DNA of 64,000 nucleotides from Antedon mediterranea (GCF_964355755.1 NC_092673.1:28393648-28457647); one strand, 5' to 3'; positions 24,160 through 38,900 are shown, numbered from the stretch's first letter. Notes: a model not told the origin generated them from the letters alone. Made by a program: numbers and translations.

Positions 24160-24535
24160 GAAGGAGGTTTTGGGGAGGAGGGACCGTAGAGAGAGGGTTT
24201 GGGGTGGAGGGACCGTAGAGAGAGAGTTTGGAGTGGAGGGACCTTAGAGAGGGTTTGGGAAGGAGGGAACGTAGAGAAAGGGTTTGGGGAGGAGGGAACG
24301 TAGAGAGAGGGTTTGGGGAGGAGGGAACGTAGACAGAGGGTTTAGGGAGGAGGGAACGTAGAGAGGGTTTGGGGAGGAGGGAACGTAGACAGAGGGTTTG
24401 GGGAGGAGGGAACGTAGACAGAGGGTTTGGGGAGGAGGGAACGTAGACGGAGGGTTTGGGGAGGAGGGACTGTAAAGAGGGACTGTAAAGAGAGAATTTT
24501 GGGAGGAGGGACCGTGGAGGGGGATTTGAGGAGGG
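24160..24535. repeat. Purine-rich ~29-bp minisatellite
   Basis: About 12 copies of GGGTTTGGGGAGGAGGGAACGTAGASAGA. Confidence 0.92.
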
Positions 24536-27500
24536 GCAACAATTGTAGGAGGATTGGTTTGTCTATACTATGCTTTAAATTTAGTTTACCATAAAATTCA
24601 TTGTATAAATACATGTATTATAAAGTTTATCGATATTATTAATGTAATTTCAAGAAAAAATTAAAAATGTTTTATAAATCTTCCTTATTGTAGGTCATGC
24701 TTCACTGATTCCATCTGTTACAGTGTTATGTAATTGTTGGAAATAAAAGAAGAAACATATTTTGTGAACTTGAATGACCTTATTTAATAGCTTACTTGTC
24801 AAATAATTAAACATTATTACATCAAATATTAGAACATAAGGTTCAAATCCGGTAGGCTTACATACATTAAAGAACAAAGTGAAAATACTAAGTACCATTT
24901 ATAAATCAATAGGGGTAGGTGGCATAGTACATAGTAATAGTATGTTAATGTAAAATACATGTAAATAGTAGGGTACATAGTATCTATGTTCAGACCTGGT
25001 AAACTGTAAGTAGGTGCCATAAATAAATAATTTGTAGTCCAGTCAACCACTGTAATGTTGATAAATTGTTGGTGTTCCCATTAAACGAAGTGGCTAAATT
25101 TAAGCAAATTTTCTAAAATATTGTAATTATTTCATTTGATCATTTATTTCAGTCCATTCAATATAAAAACAAAATAAATGGAAGAGAAAACAATATTAAC
25201 TGAATGACTTGAGGATAACCCAAGAAATTTGAATATATAAAATTTAAAAAAATTTATTTCCATTGGGGTCCTCCATAAAAAATTCCCATACCGGTACAAA
25301 TCTGAAACATTAAGTTAATAGTATTCAGTCTATTAGTGATAGCATACCAGTACTTTGAATACAATAAGATGCTAGATTAGTGTACGTGTTCAGCATGCAA
25401 TATTCCAACCTAAGTTTGGCTGTACTAGATTTTATGTGTCTTCCTTCCTGACAATGCATGTTTGTAGTTCTTGATTGTCAAATATTTAGGAATTTGGTAA
25501 GAAAGTTCCGGAAAAAAAAGAGATTAAAAAATATAGAAGAAAGATAATAATATGCAAGAAGATGTAGATTGTGCGTGTGAAATTCAATATTTAAACTTAC
25601 TACATGAGTTGCCAGACTGATATAAAGACCATGCATCTTTTTGAGTGAGTTGTCTTTGATAATTATTAATGAGACTATGATAAGACATAATTATGTGAGG
25701 TATGCTAGAATATTATTCATCAAACTCTATCAGCTGTTCAAGATTATATTTAGATATAATATTTATACTATTTCCTTTTTTGTTTTCAATCTATTATTTG
25801 ATATATATAATGATCTGCATTATACTCTAGTGTTCAAGAACATATGGAGAGGGTGGGAAAGTGTTTATCCATGTAGCAGAATTCATATCGCAGCCCAAGT
25901 TTTGGTCGCCTGTTGGAGTTAGTTGAGGAAAAATTAATGTGTCTCGATCATCCTTAATAATAAAATGAATAATCAATTTATATTTTTCTAAGAAATTTCA
26001 TATGATTGTGTAACTAGAACTATTAATAGAAGTTAAAGGGAAGATAATTTAAGTTTCTGGAAATTTAAAAATATGTGTACAGTTATTCGTCTTCATTTCA
26101 ATCATTATTCTGCTTTAGGGTCACATGCTATCTGAAACTGATAGTTGCCAGTAGCAAGATCAAACAGTACTAGATTAGAACCCCTAATAAAGGGACACAT
26201 TCGGACCAAATAAAAGGGGCTGTCTCATAGAAGGGGTTTTTTTGTAGCTGAAAAATTAAGCTAGACAAACAACTTAAAATTGTGATCCCAGTATATAAAA
26301 TATGGACCTTTCGCTTTGCAAAGACTGATGACCAAACTATGTCTTGTTAGTTCTTTGCGCATGCAGGAATATTAGGACACATGTCCTTGCTCCTCACCTC
26401 AACACAGGTTTGATGGTTTTTAGGTGCATACGACGACCGACGACACATCCGTTTTGTGAAAAAGGCGTTCGCTGTTATTAAATATTTTTACCAACTACAA
26501 CTTGTTTTCTTACGAACACCTTTAATGCCCTTTGAAGCTGCAAATCCTGCCAAGATATGCCTACTCCTTACGACCATTTTTATGTTACTTGACGATGATT
26601 TTGAGCCTACCCTGAACAACGATTTAGACCAAAATATTGACGATCGACGTTCTAGCCCTGCACCAACAAGGACAACACCGCCTCAAACACGAACCTTGTT
26701 ATCGGAGATTAATTACACGCCGTAGGCTGATCGGAGATTTATTATACGCCCGTAGGCTGAATTTACCTCTAAATTTGGTGGACTTTTTACCTCGTTTGTT
26801 AATTAGCTAGAGGCAAAATTTAATTACCGCACGCGACTTCACAGCGGGAATAACTAGTAAATTTCAACCCGTACGAACGGGCCCCAAGTGCCACTCACCA
26901 GTGTGTGCTTAAAAAGTTTGTAATTAGAGACAAAAATACTGTGTTTACTGTTATTCTTGACGAAGGTCAGAATATTTGTTTACAGCTTAATTTTGAACTT
27001 AATTTTAATCCTGCAAGTCCCACTTTAAAATCTATGTGTTTAAACCTTTAAAATTTAAATTATTAACACATTCATAAAGGTATTTGTAATTCATGATTGT
27101 TAACATTGAATAGAATTGTACTTTTGGATGAGTAAAAGATTATTTAATAATATATTTTCTGTAAAATACATTGTTTTGTGTGATTCTATAGTAATTGAGG
27201 ATATAGTTGATTTATGAATGAGGTCAGTGTGTAGATTGGGAACACACACAGTACAAGGTTAATTAAAGTGAAAAATAAACCAGCATGTTTGACAGTTTAA
27301 TGCATTTTAAATCTGAAATTTAAAAAGTATTTAGCCTTTTGCTGTCAAAACACTACTGTTGTCAATTTGGACATTAAAATACTATTGAATATGTAATGAG
27401 TTGTATATAGGCTTGTGACTTCTTGTATCAAGCATAAGCATAGCGCAGTCAGCTAAAGTTCTGGTAGTGTGCGCTAAACCGTTAAAGACCATAGTTTCCT

Positions 27501-28359
27501 TTGGTCCATGGTTCAAATCCCATATTGTGACTGTATCTTCTTGTATCATCGCATAAAATAACCATCATTCAATCTATGCTAATAAAAATGGTAAAATTTA
27601 TCTGTATTTAACAATGAAAAGTAGTTGCCGTGAGGGATGCTATGACTTGATCGCTCGGTCATCAAACACATGTACCATAGCGTGACTAATGACGTGAATT
27701 AATACAGGTAGATTTATTCAACTCACTCTTAAATAATATATGTTTTAAATATAATATGCAAGCTTGTTCAGTTGGTTTTATATTTATAATTGTTTATTTC
27801 TCAAATCTTATAATATATTAATATTATATTAATCATATATAATTTTTTTTTTACTGACAGAATATTATCTTTGATTATTTATAGTGAAATTCTGAATTTG
27901 CAAATAAGAAGGATTTTATTACGATATGTGAACAAACATTTTTTTTAAATCAGATATTTTTATTGTTCAGTGATGTGTCCTGTATTGATGTAATTATGTT
28001 ATATCATGTTTTAATAGGCCTACTAAAATTATGTATTTACAGCAACATAATAATTTATGTTAGACTTGTATTGTTTTTATAACAATGCAATTGGAAAGTA
28101 TAATACTGATGACAGACTGTAAATTTGTAACAACACCTGACATACAATTTGAGATGTTTTGTAAATCTTTTAAGACATCTCGTAATGATATTTCTAAAAT
28201 CTTATTTAATATCTTACATGATCTAGTTCCTAGTTCTGAACCAGCCTACAAAGCATTAAAGCAGACTAAATTGAATATTATAACATTTGTATTGAAATCA
28301 TAATTAAACACAGAGATTGAAAGTAAGTCAATGATATTAGTAATGTAAAGAAAATGCTT

Positions 28360-28475
28360 TGTCTATTTCGTGCCTAGCTTACCTCCTGGATAAACTGGCA
28401 ATAGCCTGTGCATCTAAGCTCTTTGGAGAGCATGGGCTATTGTTGGTTTATCCATGTAAGTGGTACTCATAGACT
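28360..28475. mobile_element. Short inverted-repeat element; single arms also at ~23885-23960, ~28800-28856 and ~39990-40056
   Basis: CTTACC(TCC)TGGATAAACTGGCAATAGCC ... GGCTATTGTTGGTTTATCCATGTAAG; shared core TGCCTAGCTTACCTGGATAAACCAACAATAGCC. Confidence 0.65.
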
Positions 28476-28597
28476 ACTAACACCACTATTGGTTTGTGTA
28501 ATTTATGTTGCCTGTTATAAAAAGCTGCAAGAACATCTCATGAGTTATTTAATATCATACTTTTACCTACTACCAATGAAAGTGAGAGAGTAGCAAG

Positions 28598-28766
28598 AGC
28601 CATGTGCCTAAATATGGTAGTAGTGATATACCTAAATATGGTAGTGATATACCTAAATATGGTAGTGATATACCTAAATATGGTAGTGATATGACATCAT
28701 CATGTCCATGGGCACATCACATTCTTTGTCACGACTCACATACAGTTTGAGAGTGTAGACAGAGCT
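28598..28766. mobile_element. Harbinger-type MITE with 4 internal 21-bp units
   Basis: (CCTAAATATGGTAGTGATATA)n; right end GTGTAGACAGAGCT. Confidence 0.8.
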
Positions 28767-31487
28767 TTTAAGCTAGTGAAAAAAGAGAACCTATTTCATT
28801 TGTGCCTAGCTTACCTGGATAAACCAACAATAGCCCCTCTCTCTCTGAAAAGAGGAATACATTTACTGTATGCTGTCTGTGATGTTATAAGTGTTACTAG
28901 TAATAGTTAGTAAACGTGATGATTCAACGCAGTTAATAAAGTTTTGTGAAGTTGGTCAAATTATGCATGCAAGTAAAAACGATAATAACTTTTTTCGCAC
29001 TAGGACACAACGTAAAGCGCAACACTAGTAATTTGACTAATCACAACACGATGGATCATGCAAACTGTCACTTGTGATTGGTCAACTCTATTGAGTTTTG
29101 CATGCCATTTCATGTGTGGAAACCAAGCAAGTTGGCAACTTGATTGATAAAGTTGAACAATTGGTTAAAAACATGGCTTTATTAATTGTATGATAATTAT
29201 TATATGTTTAGAAGTTATAGCATTGCTACTGTACAGAACAGGACAAAGTTCACCATTTTTTACTTGTTAAAAAAACTTTACCAGATAAATAAATTAATTG
29301 CGTTTCATCCTGTCTGGTTCCTGTTTCCAGGAATCACGTAAAAAAGGATATCGTAAGTTCATTTGGATTATAATTATACTGAAATGGGAGCTTGGATATC
29401 ATAGTATCCTTGTCCAATATCCGTGTTTTCTATCCATGGATTTGCTGATCCAACGTCAAGAACTGTATGGGAAGATCAGTAATTTATTTCACTACATCCT
29501 ATGATAAATTATTTTATTTTTTCGAGTGAAAATTAAATTATTATCAGTGGTCTTTGTTATGGTTTTTTTAACTGGACAAGAGAATCAGTAAAATTACATT
29601 TTTTTACTGTTCCTCCACTCCATTTACATAATAGGAAGGCCTTCAATTAACTAAAAATGAGGTACAGACAATCTACCATGTGTATATTTACTCCAGGTGT
29701 GAAATATTGTGAAGGGATGAATTGAGTAAAATTATTGACATTTTATAAGATTTTATTGAAATTTTAACTGGCCAATCAGACTTGTTATTTGTTATGTTGT
29801 TATTTTAACTGGTCCGCCAAGCATTTAACTGGCCATTAGCCGGCGGTCCAATGTTATTGCGAACGTTGATTATTAAGTATTACTTAGGGCACCTTTAGAA
29901 CCAATCTATGTGTTCCACTATACATACAATACGATTTGAGTATCGGGATTGTTTCAGTTATCATGTAATTTGAAATCTCATTATGCGCAGAAAACTTAAA
30001 TTGAAATAAGTACTTATGTGTGCATTAACTTGTCCGACCCTCTCAGATAAACGTGCATTTTTAGAATAAACACATGCTGGAAATGTGATTGCCGTATTAA
30101 TGTTAACATGCCATATAAAGCCTTAAAGATAATGTAGGTTGCTGATGTACATTATGTATTCGGTCTTGTAATTACATGTTGGCTATGTTATGTTATTATA
30201 GGTATGGTCCGGAGGCCTATTAAATCTATCTTGTTTCATCCATTCAATGCATGAAAACCTCTCCTGTGTGAATAAATTTTCCATGCCAAATGATTTTTCC
30301 CAGTGGAAATACTTTTTACATTATTTATCGATGAGGTTTGGATTAACAATTTATAGTACTGATCACAGATATTTTGAAAGTGTAGTCTAATGAGTATTGT
30401 AATTAATTTGAGATTTGATACAATATTTGTTCAAAGAATTTCAAATATTATTGTGAGTTCAATAAGTTTTTCTGGAAAGCCCATGGCCTTAGAATTGGTA
30501 CAATTGGTCACTATGTAGCAAGTGTCTAACATCATTTTGTATTATAAATCTGAGAAGGATTTGAACCAAGTACCGTGGCATTGGTAAGCAAGCATGTTTA
30601 ACTATCAAGCAGACAATGCAAATGTAAATCTGTGAATAGCTTTCTGTGATTCCTTTATTCTATAGATAAAATATTAAACAGTTTAACATAACGAATTCCC
30701 CAGCGTAGTGTCGTTGCAAAATAAACAGCTACGTACGGCTGTTTAGGATAATGGATAAATCACCAATACTCACAAATTTGAAACATAAAAATTACCCATT
30801 ACACAGAGAAAGCTAATAAAATAAATGCGACTATATTTCTTGAGTCATGTGATCTGACATTTATTGACATTACCCTAATTTGAACTCCCTCTTTTTCGAA
30901 TAATATAAAATTTCCTTTTAAAACATCCTATTGCTAAAGGCAATACATATGTTAATCTGTTATACAGTGTTCACTGTAAGTAACGCAAATAAGCAATAAA
31001 CATTCTATTTTTCACATGGGATTGTCATGTGTTGTACCCATAGACTTATTAAGAACAACTGTCAACTCCAACACAATCGTACTAAAAAAAATGTTCATCC
31101 AATTTTACATGAGATATTATTTATGATTACGGCAACCATTTTGAGGGGCCCCTGCCCTATTTGCATAGTTGACTAATTTGGTAGTTTAAGGTTAATGTCA
31201 ATTTTTCGCCATTCTAATGATCATTTTTCATGGCGCTAGGTCACATCATGTCCGTGCAGCTATTAATTCAGGTGGTATCTGGCTGTTCATGACAGTGTCT
31301 AAGTAAGAACACTGTGTAACTTACTGTAACCCCCTATTTGTCTCAAATATTATTTCTATGTTTAAAATGTACTCTACATAAAGGGCCGTTGATTTTCTTT
31401 GTTGTTTAAAAACTGCATATATCAATCTATATGAAAGTGATTATTTTCACTTTCATCTCTATAAGGGGACACTTTGTCTGTCCCTAA

Positions 31488-31640
31488 AGCTCTGTCTACA
31501 TTATCAAACTTAGTTTGACAAAAGAGTGTGATGTGCCCAAATATGGTAGTGATATGATTAGATATGATACCTTGATATGACCTCATCATGTCCATATATG
31601 GCCACATCACATTTTTTTGTCACATAAAGTAGACAGAGCT
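31488..31640. mobile_element. Harbinger-type MITE copy
   Basis: TAA|AGCTCTGTCTACATTATCAAAC ... GTAGACAGAGCT. Confidence 0.85.
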
Positions 31641-31940
31641 TACAGTATAAGGTATCCCCTTTACAGTAAATTAGCTCTACTACTGTACTACACTAGGTTT
31701 TTCAGGTATTTATATGGCATACATACTGGACATTTAAATCAAGTAACCAAGTACAATCTAAATTGAGTACAGTATAACTAAGGTTAAGGTTGGGTTTTAC
31801 TAATGTAAAAAGAACAGAATTATTAAAGAGAAAATGTATGTGTGTATGTAGTATACAAATGGTCACAATGGGAAATCTTATGTAAATTGTATGTACAGTA
31901 TTCATAGTATCTTATGCATTAAAGAGGCTATCTGCTCTTA

Positions 31941-32098
31941 AGCTCTCTCTATGCTATCAAACTAGTTTGACAAAAAGGTGTGTGCCCAAATATGGTAGTG
32001 ATATTCCCAAATATTGTATTGATATGACATCATCATGTCCATATATGGACACATCACATTTTTTTTTAAACATAAAGTTTGATAATGTGGACAAGGCC
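31941..32098. mobile_element. Harbinger-type MITE copy (diverged)
   Basis: TTA|AGCTCTCTCTATGCTATCAAAC ... GTTTGATAATGTGGACAAGGCC. Confidence 0.8.
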
Positions 32099-32418
32099 TT
32101 GACCTCCAAGAATTTGATACCACTCTACAAATGATGCCACTAAACTTTAAAGTTCCGCTTTTTAATTACTCATTATCATTGAGGCATGCTATTTTCGGCA
32201 AGGGTAATTCAAGAACCATTTAAAAGCTATTAGAATTGTATAGTGAATCAGTGAGTCAGTGCTTGAACATTCTCATTATATGCAGAGCTCTCTTGAAAAA
32301 AACATGAATTAATGGATGAATGGGTGTGCAGTGAATTGTAAATGAAGGTGGTGAGGGCTAGACAGAATAAAGAAAGAGTAGTACCAAAGTATAACCCATA
32401 TTATGTTATTTTTATATA

Positions 32419-32590
32419 AGCTCTGTCTACATTATCAAACTTTGTGACAAAAAATGTGATGTGCCCATACAGTATATAGACATGATGATGTCATATCACT
32501 GCCATATTTGGACATATCACTGCCATATTTGGACATACAGTATCACTGCCATATCATACTTCAAACTAATTCGATAGTGTAGACAGAGCT
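32419..32590. mobile_element. Harbinger-type MITE copy
   Basis: AGCTCTGTCTACATTATCAAAC ... GATAGTGTAGACAGAGCT|TTA. Confidence 0.85.
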
Positions 32591-32905
32591 TTAGAATTGG
32601 TAGTATTTTGTGGTTGGTATTTGGGGTCCATCATGTTGTTTCTTCAACCCTTTCAAATCCCTAACCACCTCTCCCATCCAAACCTCGAGCAAGCAAGATT
32701 AATTATTAACATTATTTAAATATTAACAGAGTTTTTATTAATATTATCTATTGACAGACCAAAAGTGAATGTAAACTATAAAATAAGATACATCAGGAAA
32801 CATTAAACATTTAAATGTCAGACAGACTGACTACTGAAAAGATGGTGGAATCATCTGGTGTAGGCAATGTAATAAAGATTAACAACAAATGATGGGTGTT
32901 TGTAG

Positions 32906-35900
32906 GATGCTACCTCTTGTTTGTGGGCTATACCATTTGTGGAAAGAGGTGTTCAATTTGAGTTACAGTACTGTATATCTAGCTCTTTAAGGAGAAAAGG
33001 TTTGTCAGTTTGTCCAGGTAAGCGTCACTTGCACAAATTGTTAGTTTGTGTAAATTTAAGAAAAATACAGATACAGTTATGAAACTACCAAAATAAATAT
33101 AAAAACAAACAAAACTAATTTAAATCAAACAAAAACTTCCAATATGACAATTTTTTTCTTGTTATTTTAGTTTTGTTTTTATTGCAGGAAGTGGAAGTAT
33201 GATAATATTTTCAACATTTTAATTCCTGATTGTCAAGATTTCCTGATCTGCCAAAAAATAAATAATCCTTTTAGAAAAATTTAGTCTCAGAAAACCTCTC
33301 TATATTATAATATCAGTGGTATACCCAAGGAAGAACTGCGGCGAAATTGATAGTAATTTGTGTGTTAGGGTTCGGAACTATGGTTTGAAAATCAAAACAA
33401 AGGGCACAGTTATTTAAACTAAAATGTTGCATTGTGGGAGATGTGCTAAAAATAAATAGAGGATTACAACATTAAATTGCTAGCTTTTTTGAAACTCTTT
33501 ATATTACATTCTCTTTATTTTATCATTTGCAGTAGACAGGTTATTTCTGGAAAAAAACACCTCACATTAAAATTGAAAAATTACTAAAAATGGAAACATA
33601 TTATAGAAGTAGATAATGCATTATATTGGATGGTGATTGAATATTATAAGAAATGATGACTATTTTAGAATACTAGACATCATGCTAGTGAAAAATAAAA
33701 TTGGTGCAAAAACATTAATTATAGGATAAGTGATAGTTTATGCTTAGGGTAAAATGCTGTACAGTAGAGAATATTATGCATTTTATTTTAAATTTTTATT
33801 TTATAGATGATAATTGCATAATAATATAATTATTTCTGTATGCGAGAATAAGTAAGAAAAAATTATTTATTACTATGTACAGTAAACGTAATTTAAAAAG
33901 TTGGTTTAACTTTATCTCTCGCAGATTTAACTATAGCCTACTGATAGATTTTCTGTATGCTACTGTATATATGTTTTAAAGTTCCTCTTGAAAATGTCAA
34001 ATTTTTTCTGAGGTCACATATAAGGTCAATAACCTCTGATTTCATTAGCAGTTGTTGGTTATCATTACAGTTGATCCATGCTATCTTTGGTTGGATTACA
34101 GATCATTTTAGATATTTATCTCCTTATTCTAAGATAAATCATTGATAAAATTTAAAAGTAGTATTTTGCACATAGATTCTTGACTTTGCATTGTAAGCTT
34201 GTAGTTTGTCATGCTTGTGTCGTTAGTTTAAGATGTATTTGCTGGTATTTTATTCATCATGCGTGTCTAATGAATCATCTTATTAAAGATATTTTAAAAC
34301 ATGGCAATATAAAAGAATGGCTCTCGTCTGAGGTTGTACACCTTTTGCTATGCAAATATAAATGATTACTGTAGATTACTTTCTGACAGTCAGTGGCGGA
34401 TCCAGTATTTTGAAATAGGGGGTTGGGGGAACGGTGGCAGAGCTTAAAAATGGAGGGCTGAGCTGCTCCACACCCCGTGGATCCGCTCCTGACAGTAGTT
34501 GATCTATATATTTAATGACTTATAATACATACTGTAGTCCACTACCTGTGTTAGTCTATAGTAACTTTGTAGGCAGCGGCTAATTCTCCAGCAAGGCATA
34601 TGTTCCTTATAATTACTATATGGTATGATTTCTCATGTTATAAAGTAATGTGTAGACTAACATACAGTAGCATGTATTTAACAAAGCAATATAAGTTGTC
34701 TAATAATTTACCTCATAAAATACATTTAATGGATTACCAATTTTCTATCTAATGTGAAGTATGCATAACCCCCAACTATATAATAGTTTTGGAATGGAAT
34801 AATATTTTATAATGTTTTATTTTTTTTTTAATGTATTGAATTTCATCATGTGATAACAAGAAAAAGTTATATGTCGCCCTCTATAAAGAATCTAATGGAT
34901 TATGCTTATGACTGTGGTGTTCTGTATAGAACAAACATCATAAATATAAAAACAATGTTCAACTTAAAACTTTTAACGACCTTTAATTGAATTCTTTTTT
35001 TTATTTACAGATTATTTTGAAGGCCTTCTAGAAATTCTACATGGTTATTCAAATAATGATTTCTGTATCCCCTGGAAACGACAACGAACATTGCTCTGTA
35101 AAGGATGTCGTAAAATTTATTTCTTCAATAACAGAGAGGTAACAATTGTTGTGAAATAGTATACAAATAATGAATGTTTATAAGTGCGATGGTACAAATA
35201 ATTTCAAGAAGTTAAAGAGGAAAGGTCTGCTGCTGACAAAAATAGGAATATACCACACAATTTGAGCATAAAAATATGGCACTTTTTTTTATCATGTGAC
35301 CCAAAATTGTCCAATCAAATGACTGAAAAAAACCTGTACCCAAACATCTTCATTTATGCTATTGTATATTTCATAACAACCTAAATTTCAGAGTTGGGTT
35401 TTCAATTCATACTATTTGCATTACATTATCAAAATATTAAAGAATATATATTATTCAAAAGACATTTTTTTGCAGCATTATTTTTCCTGGTTTTATGACA
35501 ATTTTAACAAAGAATCACTATAAAATGTTATGAAAGGAATAATTGACTGTATTTAAATATTATGTGCTTTGTTCACATACCATGTACGTTGCATATTTTA
35601 ATAATTATTGTCATATGATGTGGGTTTTTAGGAATCGAGCCAATTTACAAGTAAAGAATGTCGTTGCCATCGTTTTACGTTATCTACTGTCACCAAAAGC
35701 TTAATCCCGAGACAATCGTGGCTAGCTGGCTTTATATCGCCACCTGGAGGATTCCAAGGTAAGAAAAAGTGCAAATTAAAATAGCGTAATGGGAATGTGT
35801 CGCCCTCTTGAACATAATCACATTTAGTGTGTGGTTTAAAGAATACACCACAATTTTACATTTCTATTTGTAATTTTTTTAAAGAACACCCAACTTTAAA

Positions 35901-38900
35901 TATCCTAAAGTGTACTAGTTAGTATATGATTATGTATCTTGTTGAAATTGACTATGGGCCTTGTTAAGTCGTAAGTTCTGTCTACCATATCAACTTTATG
36001 TTAAAAAAAATATGATGTGCCCATATGGACATGATGATGTCATATCACTACCATATTTAAGCATATCACTACCTTATTTGGGCACATCACACTATTTTTG
36101 TCAAATACCAAGAATCGACATGTTCCAAACAAAGACACGTAAAAAGGATTTATTTCTGAGTCTACTTTGAATAATTTATACATTTTATATCCGGTTACTC
36201 ACTCTGGAAAAACTAAACCAAGAAAAAAATATGTTCATTTTATCTAGCAGAAAAAATTGGTATAAAAAAACACAAAAATCCTTGCTACCATGTGTAAATT
36301 CAAGCTTTTTTAGAAAGCCTTTTAAAAAACTTTTTTTTCCAAAGAACAACTCTGATGAGTAAGATTGATAACAGAACCATATATGCTCATAATGCACAAA
36401 TTCAGAGAATGCTAATATTGGTAATAACATTCATATGAGTACAAACATGATTTATTATTCAAAAACTCTTTCCCCCTCTTCCCATATTTAAAAAAAAAGA
36501 ATCTGTGAGGAAATGTCATCCATCCAGTTTTCTTAGAGGGATGGATACATTTGAGTAAAACTTAAATATTTAAAGCCCCATTCCCTACGTTTTTTAGATC
36601 TAATTTAAGATCACAAACTATATTTAATGTAAAAATAATACTATATGGTCCTATTGCGATAACTTTTTTCGTCTTTAAACGGTTAAAAATGTGAAAAATA
36701 AGTCGATTTTAATAATTATAGCGGCCCGCTATAAATCCCAAAATGCATTGCGCGCGGATTGATATTTTTGTTTTTCACCTGTAATTCGCCCACTTTTCGA
36801 TCGATCGTGAGGCCAAAACAAATGGAAGACTCCTAACTTTTCAGCGAAAATACCGGGTTTTCCCCAATTTGTATCAACGGAGTCTGGCAAAAATAGAAAG
36901 ACAATTAATGCAGCAACTATACAACGTCAGGCTAGGTATATAGCTCGCGTACGATGTTCGTACATTACCGATGTTTACCAGCTAGGCCTACAAAACTAAG
37001 CCTAGCTAGGCTAGGCCTAAGACCGTCCACGAGAGGTCGATCGCCGCGAGCTACTTAGGTAGTGCATTGTTTCTCACTTTTTATCATAATTTACCATAAA
37101 ACGTACATTTAAGACAAGAAATGACATGGTTTAATGTTTTTAAAGTGATATATATGTATACTTTTCCAAAAAACGTCCAAAATTGCAGGGAAGGGGTCTT
37201 TAATGTACTAAATACTTGCCTTCAACTGACAGGAGTTAGAAGAATCTTGACACATGAAATCTTATCATTAACAAGTGCTACTACCAAGTAGGGTAGGATG
37301 TGGCCTTAAGGACCTTTATAGATACTAGTTGGGTTGTGTTTCATTAATACATGAAATATAATATATCATTAGATAGAAATAGTTGTATGATTACATTATG
37401 GGGCATTAGGTTATCTCTATTGTTTTTTAACTATCATTTGGATGCACTACAGTACCTATTGATATTGCGTTGGGGTTTAGGATCCTGAGAGTATGTCTTG
37501 GTATCCCTCCCCACCACAACAGGACCCCTCACTCACCACTGTTTTCCCCTTCCTCACTTTTTGATATACTATTTTTAAGTTAGAACACAATTTTTCCTGA
37601 AAATACCCTTTTTAGACTAGAGAATGATTTTCCCCTTTTGTGGATAATGTACCCCATGTAAAAATCCTGACTACGGGGTTGTAATTCTAGAATTTGTCGT
37701 GTAAGATGTGTCTACACTATGAAACTTTATGTGATGACAAAAAAATGTGATGTGATACAGTATATGGACATGATGATGTGATATCACTGCCATATTTAAG
37801 CATATCACTACCATATTTGGGCACATCATACTTTTTTTGGTCAAATAGTTTGATAGTGTAGACATAGCTTTATATGTGTATACACTACAGACATTTTTCA
37901 CAGACTCTCTAATATTTTGTTTTGTAGAATCATTGTTATTTGGAATGAAAACAATTTAAAAAGCGTTAATTTTCTTCGTAAATAATACATTTCTAATTAC
38001 AGGAAACCACTGTATGATATCTATAAATTAGTAGACTTAGTAGAAGCTTAGGTGTAGTAATTCTCATAGACAATAATAATAATCGCTGACATTTAATAGA
38101 TTTAAAACAATATAATCCTTGGATTAAAAACGTCCGAGAGGAACCTGTTCAAATGTAACGGATATTTTTCTTTCGTGCCAAATTTCCCAGGGCAAGTCCC
38201 ATAAAAGGATGAATTTAAAAGATAGATGAATTTAATACAATTACTTCGGAAAAGACGTCCTAATAGACATATTGCTTTCCCCTGATTTCGTCTGATCTTT
38301 AAGAAAAATACACAAATTTAAAATTATAAAATGACCTTTGTTTATCATTTAACGAATGTCAAAATATAAATAGTAATAAAATTCAATTTTAAGCTATATG
38401 GAATTTGACTGTAATTCAAGAATATTATTTTTCTTGCACAGTTTCGTTTTTTATATAATTTAATATTAAATATGAAACAAAATATTTAAAGTATATAACT
38501 TTGCATTGATAAGAATGACAGGTAAAGTTGAGATAAGCTTGTTTCACACTGTGCTTTAAACAAATCACAGATGTACAAACTTCAGGCCTTTGTAGGTTTT
38601 GTGACAAAAATGAAATGGTAATTTCAAGAAAATGTTGTCATCCCATGAATTTAGTACAGTAAACCCCTCCCCACTTCTTTGGGACACCAAAGAAGGAAGG
38701 GGGGAATTTTGCAGAGAAATAAATGCTTGAAAATATGTTTTTAGCACATATAGCCCAAAACAGGCCGGTGCGGCAGCCACTTTAAGACTCTAGGCACTTG
38801 TGCTACCTGATTTACTGTAAAATACTACGGACTTCAACTACGATAGTACAGCTAAAATTAACAACAAATCTCCCCCCCCCCCCCCTCCACACCAGGCACA

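Noticed and set aside
26300-26890. CpG-richer stretch with an 89-aa ORF (26456-26725)
   Set aside because: No recognisable protein and no splice support. It is probably transposon remnants (one Harbinger-like end near 26885), but I could not define both boundaries.
27438-27530. tRNA-like stretch with GGTTCAAATCC
   Set aside because: Only a B box is convincing. It is probably a decayed SINE head and too weak to call.
35041-35704. Alternative ATG-initiated frame MVIQIMISVSPGND... across two candidate exons
   Set aside because: It stops at TAA in the second exon, upstream of further junctions, and is less parsimonious than the continuously open frame.
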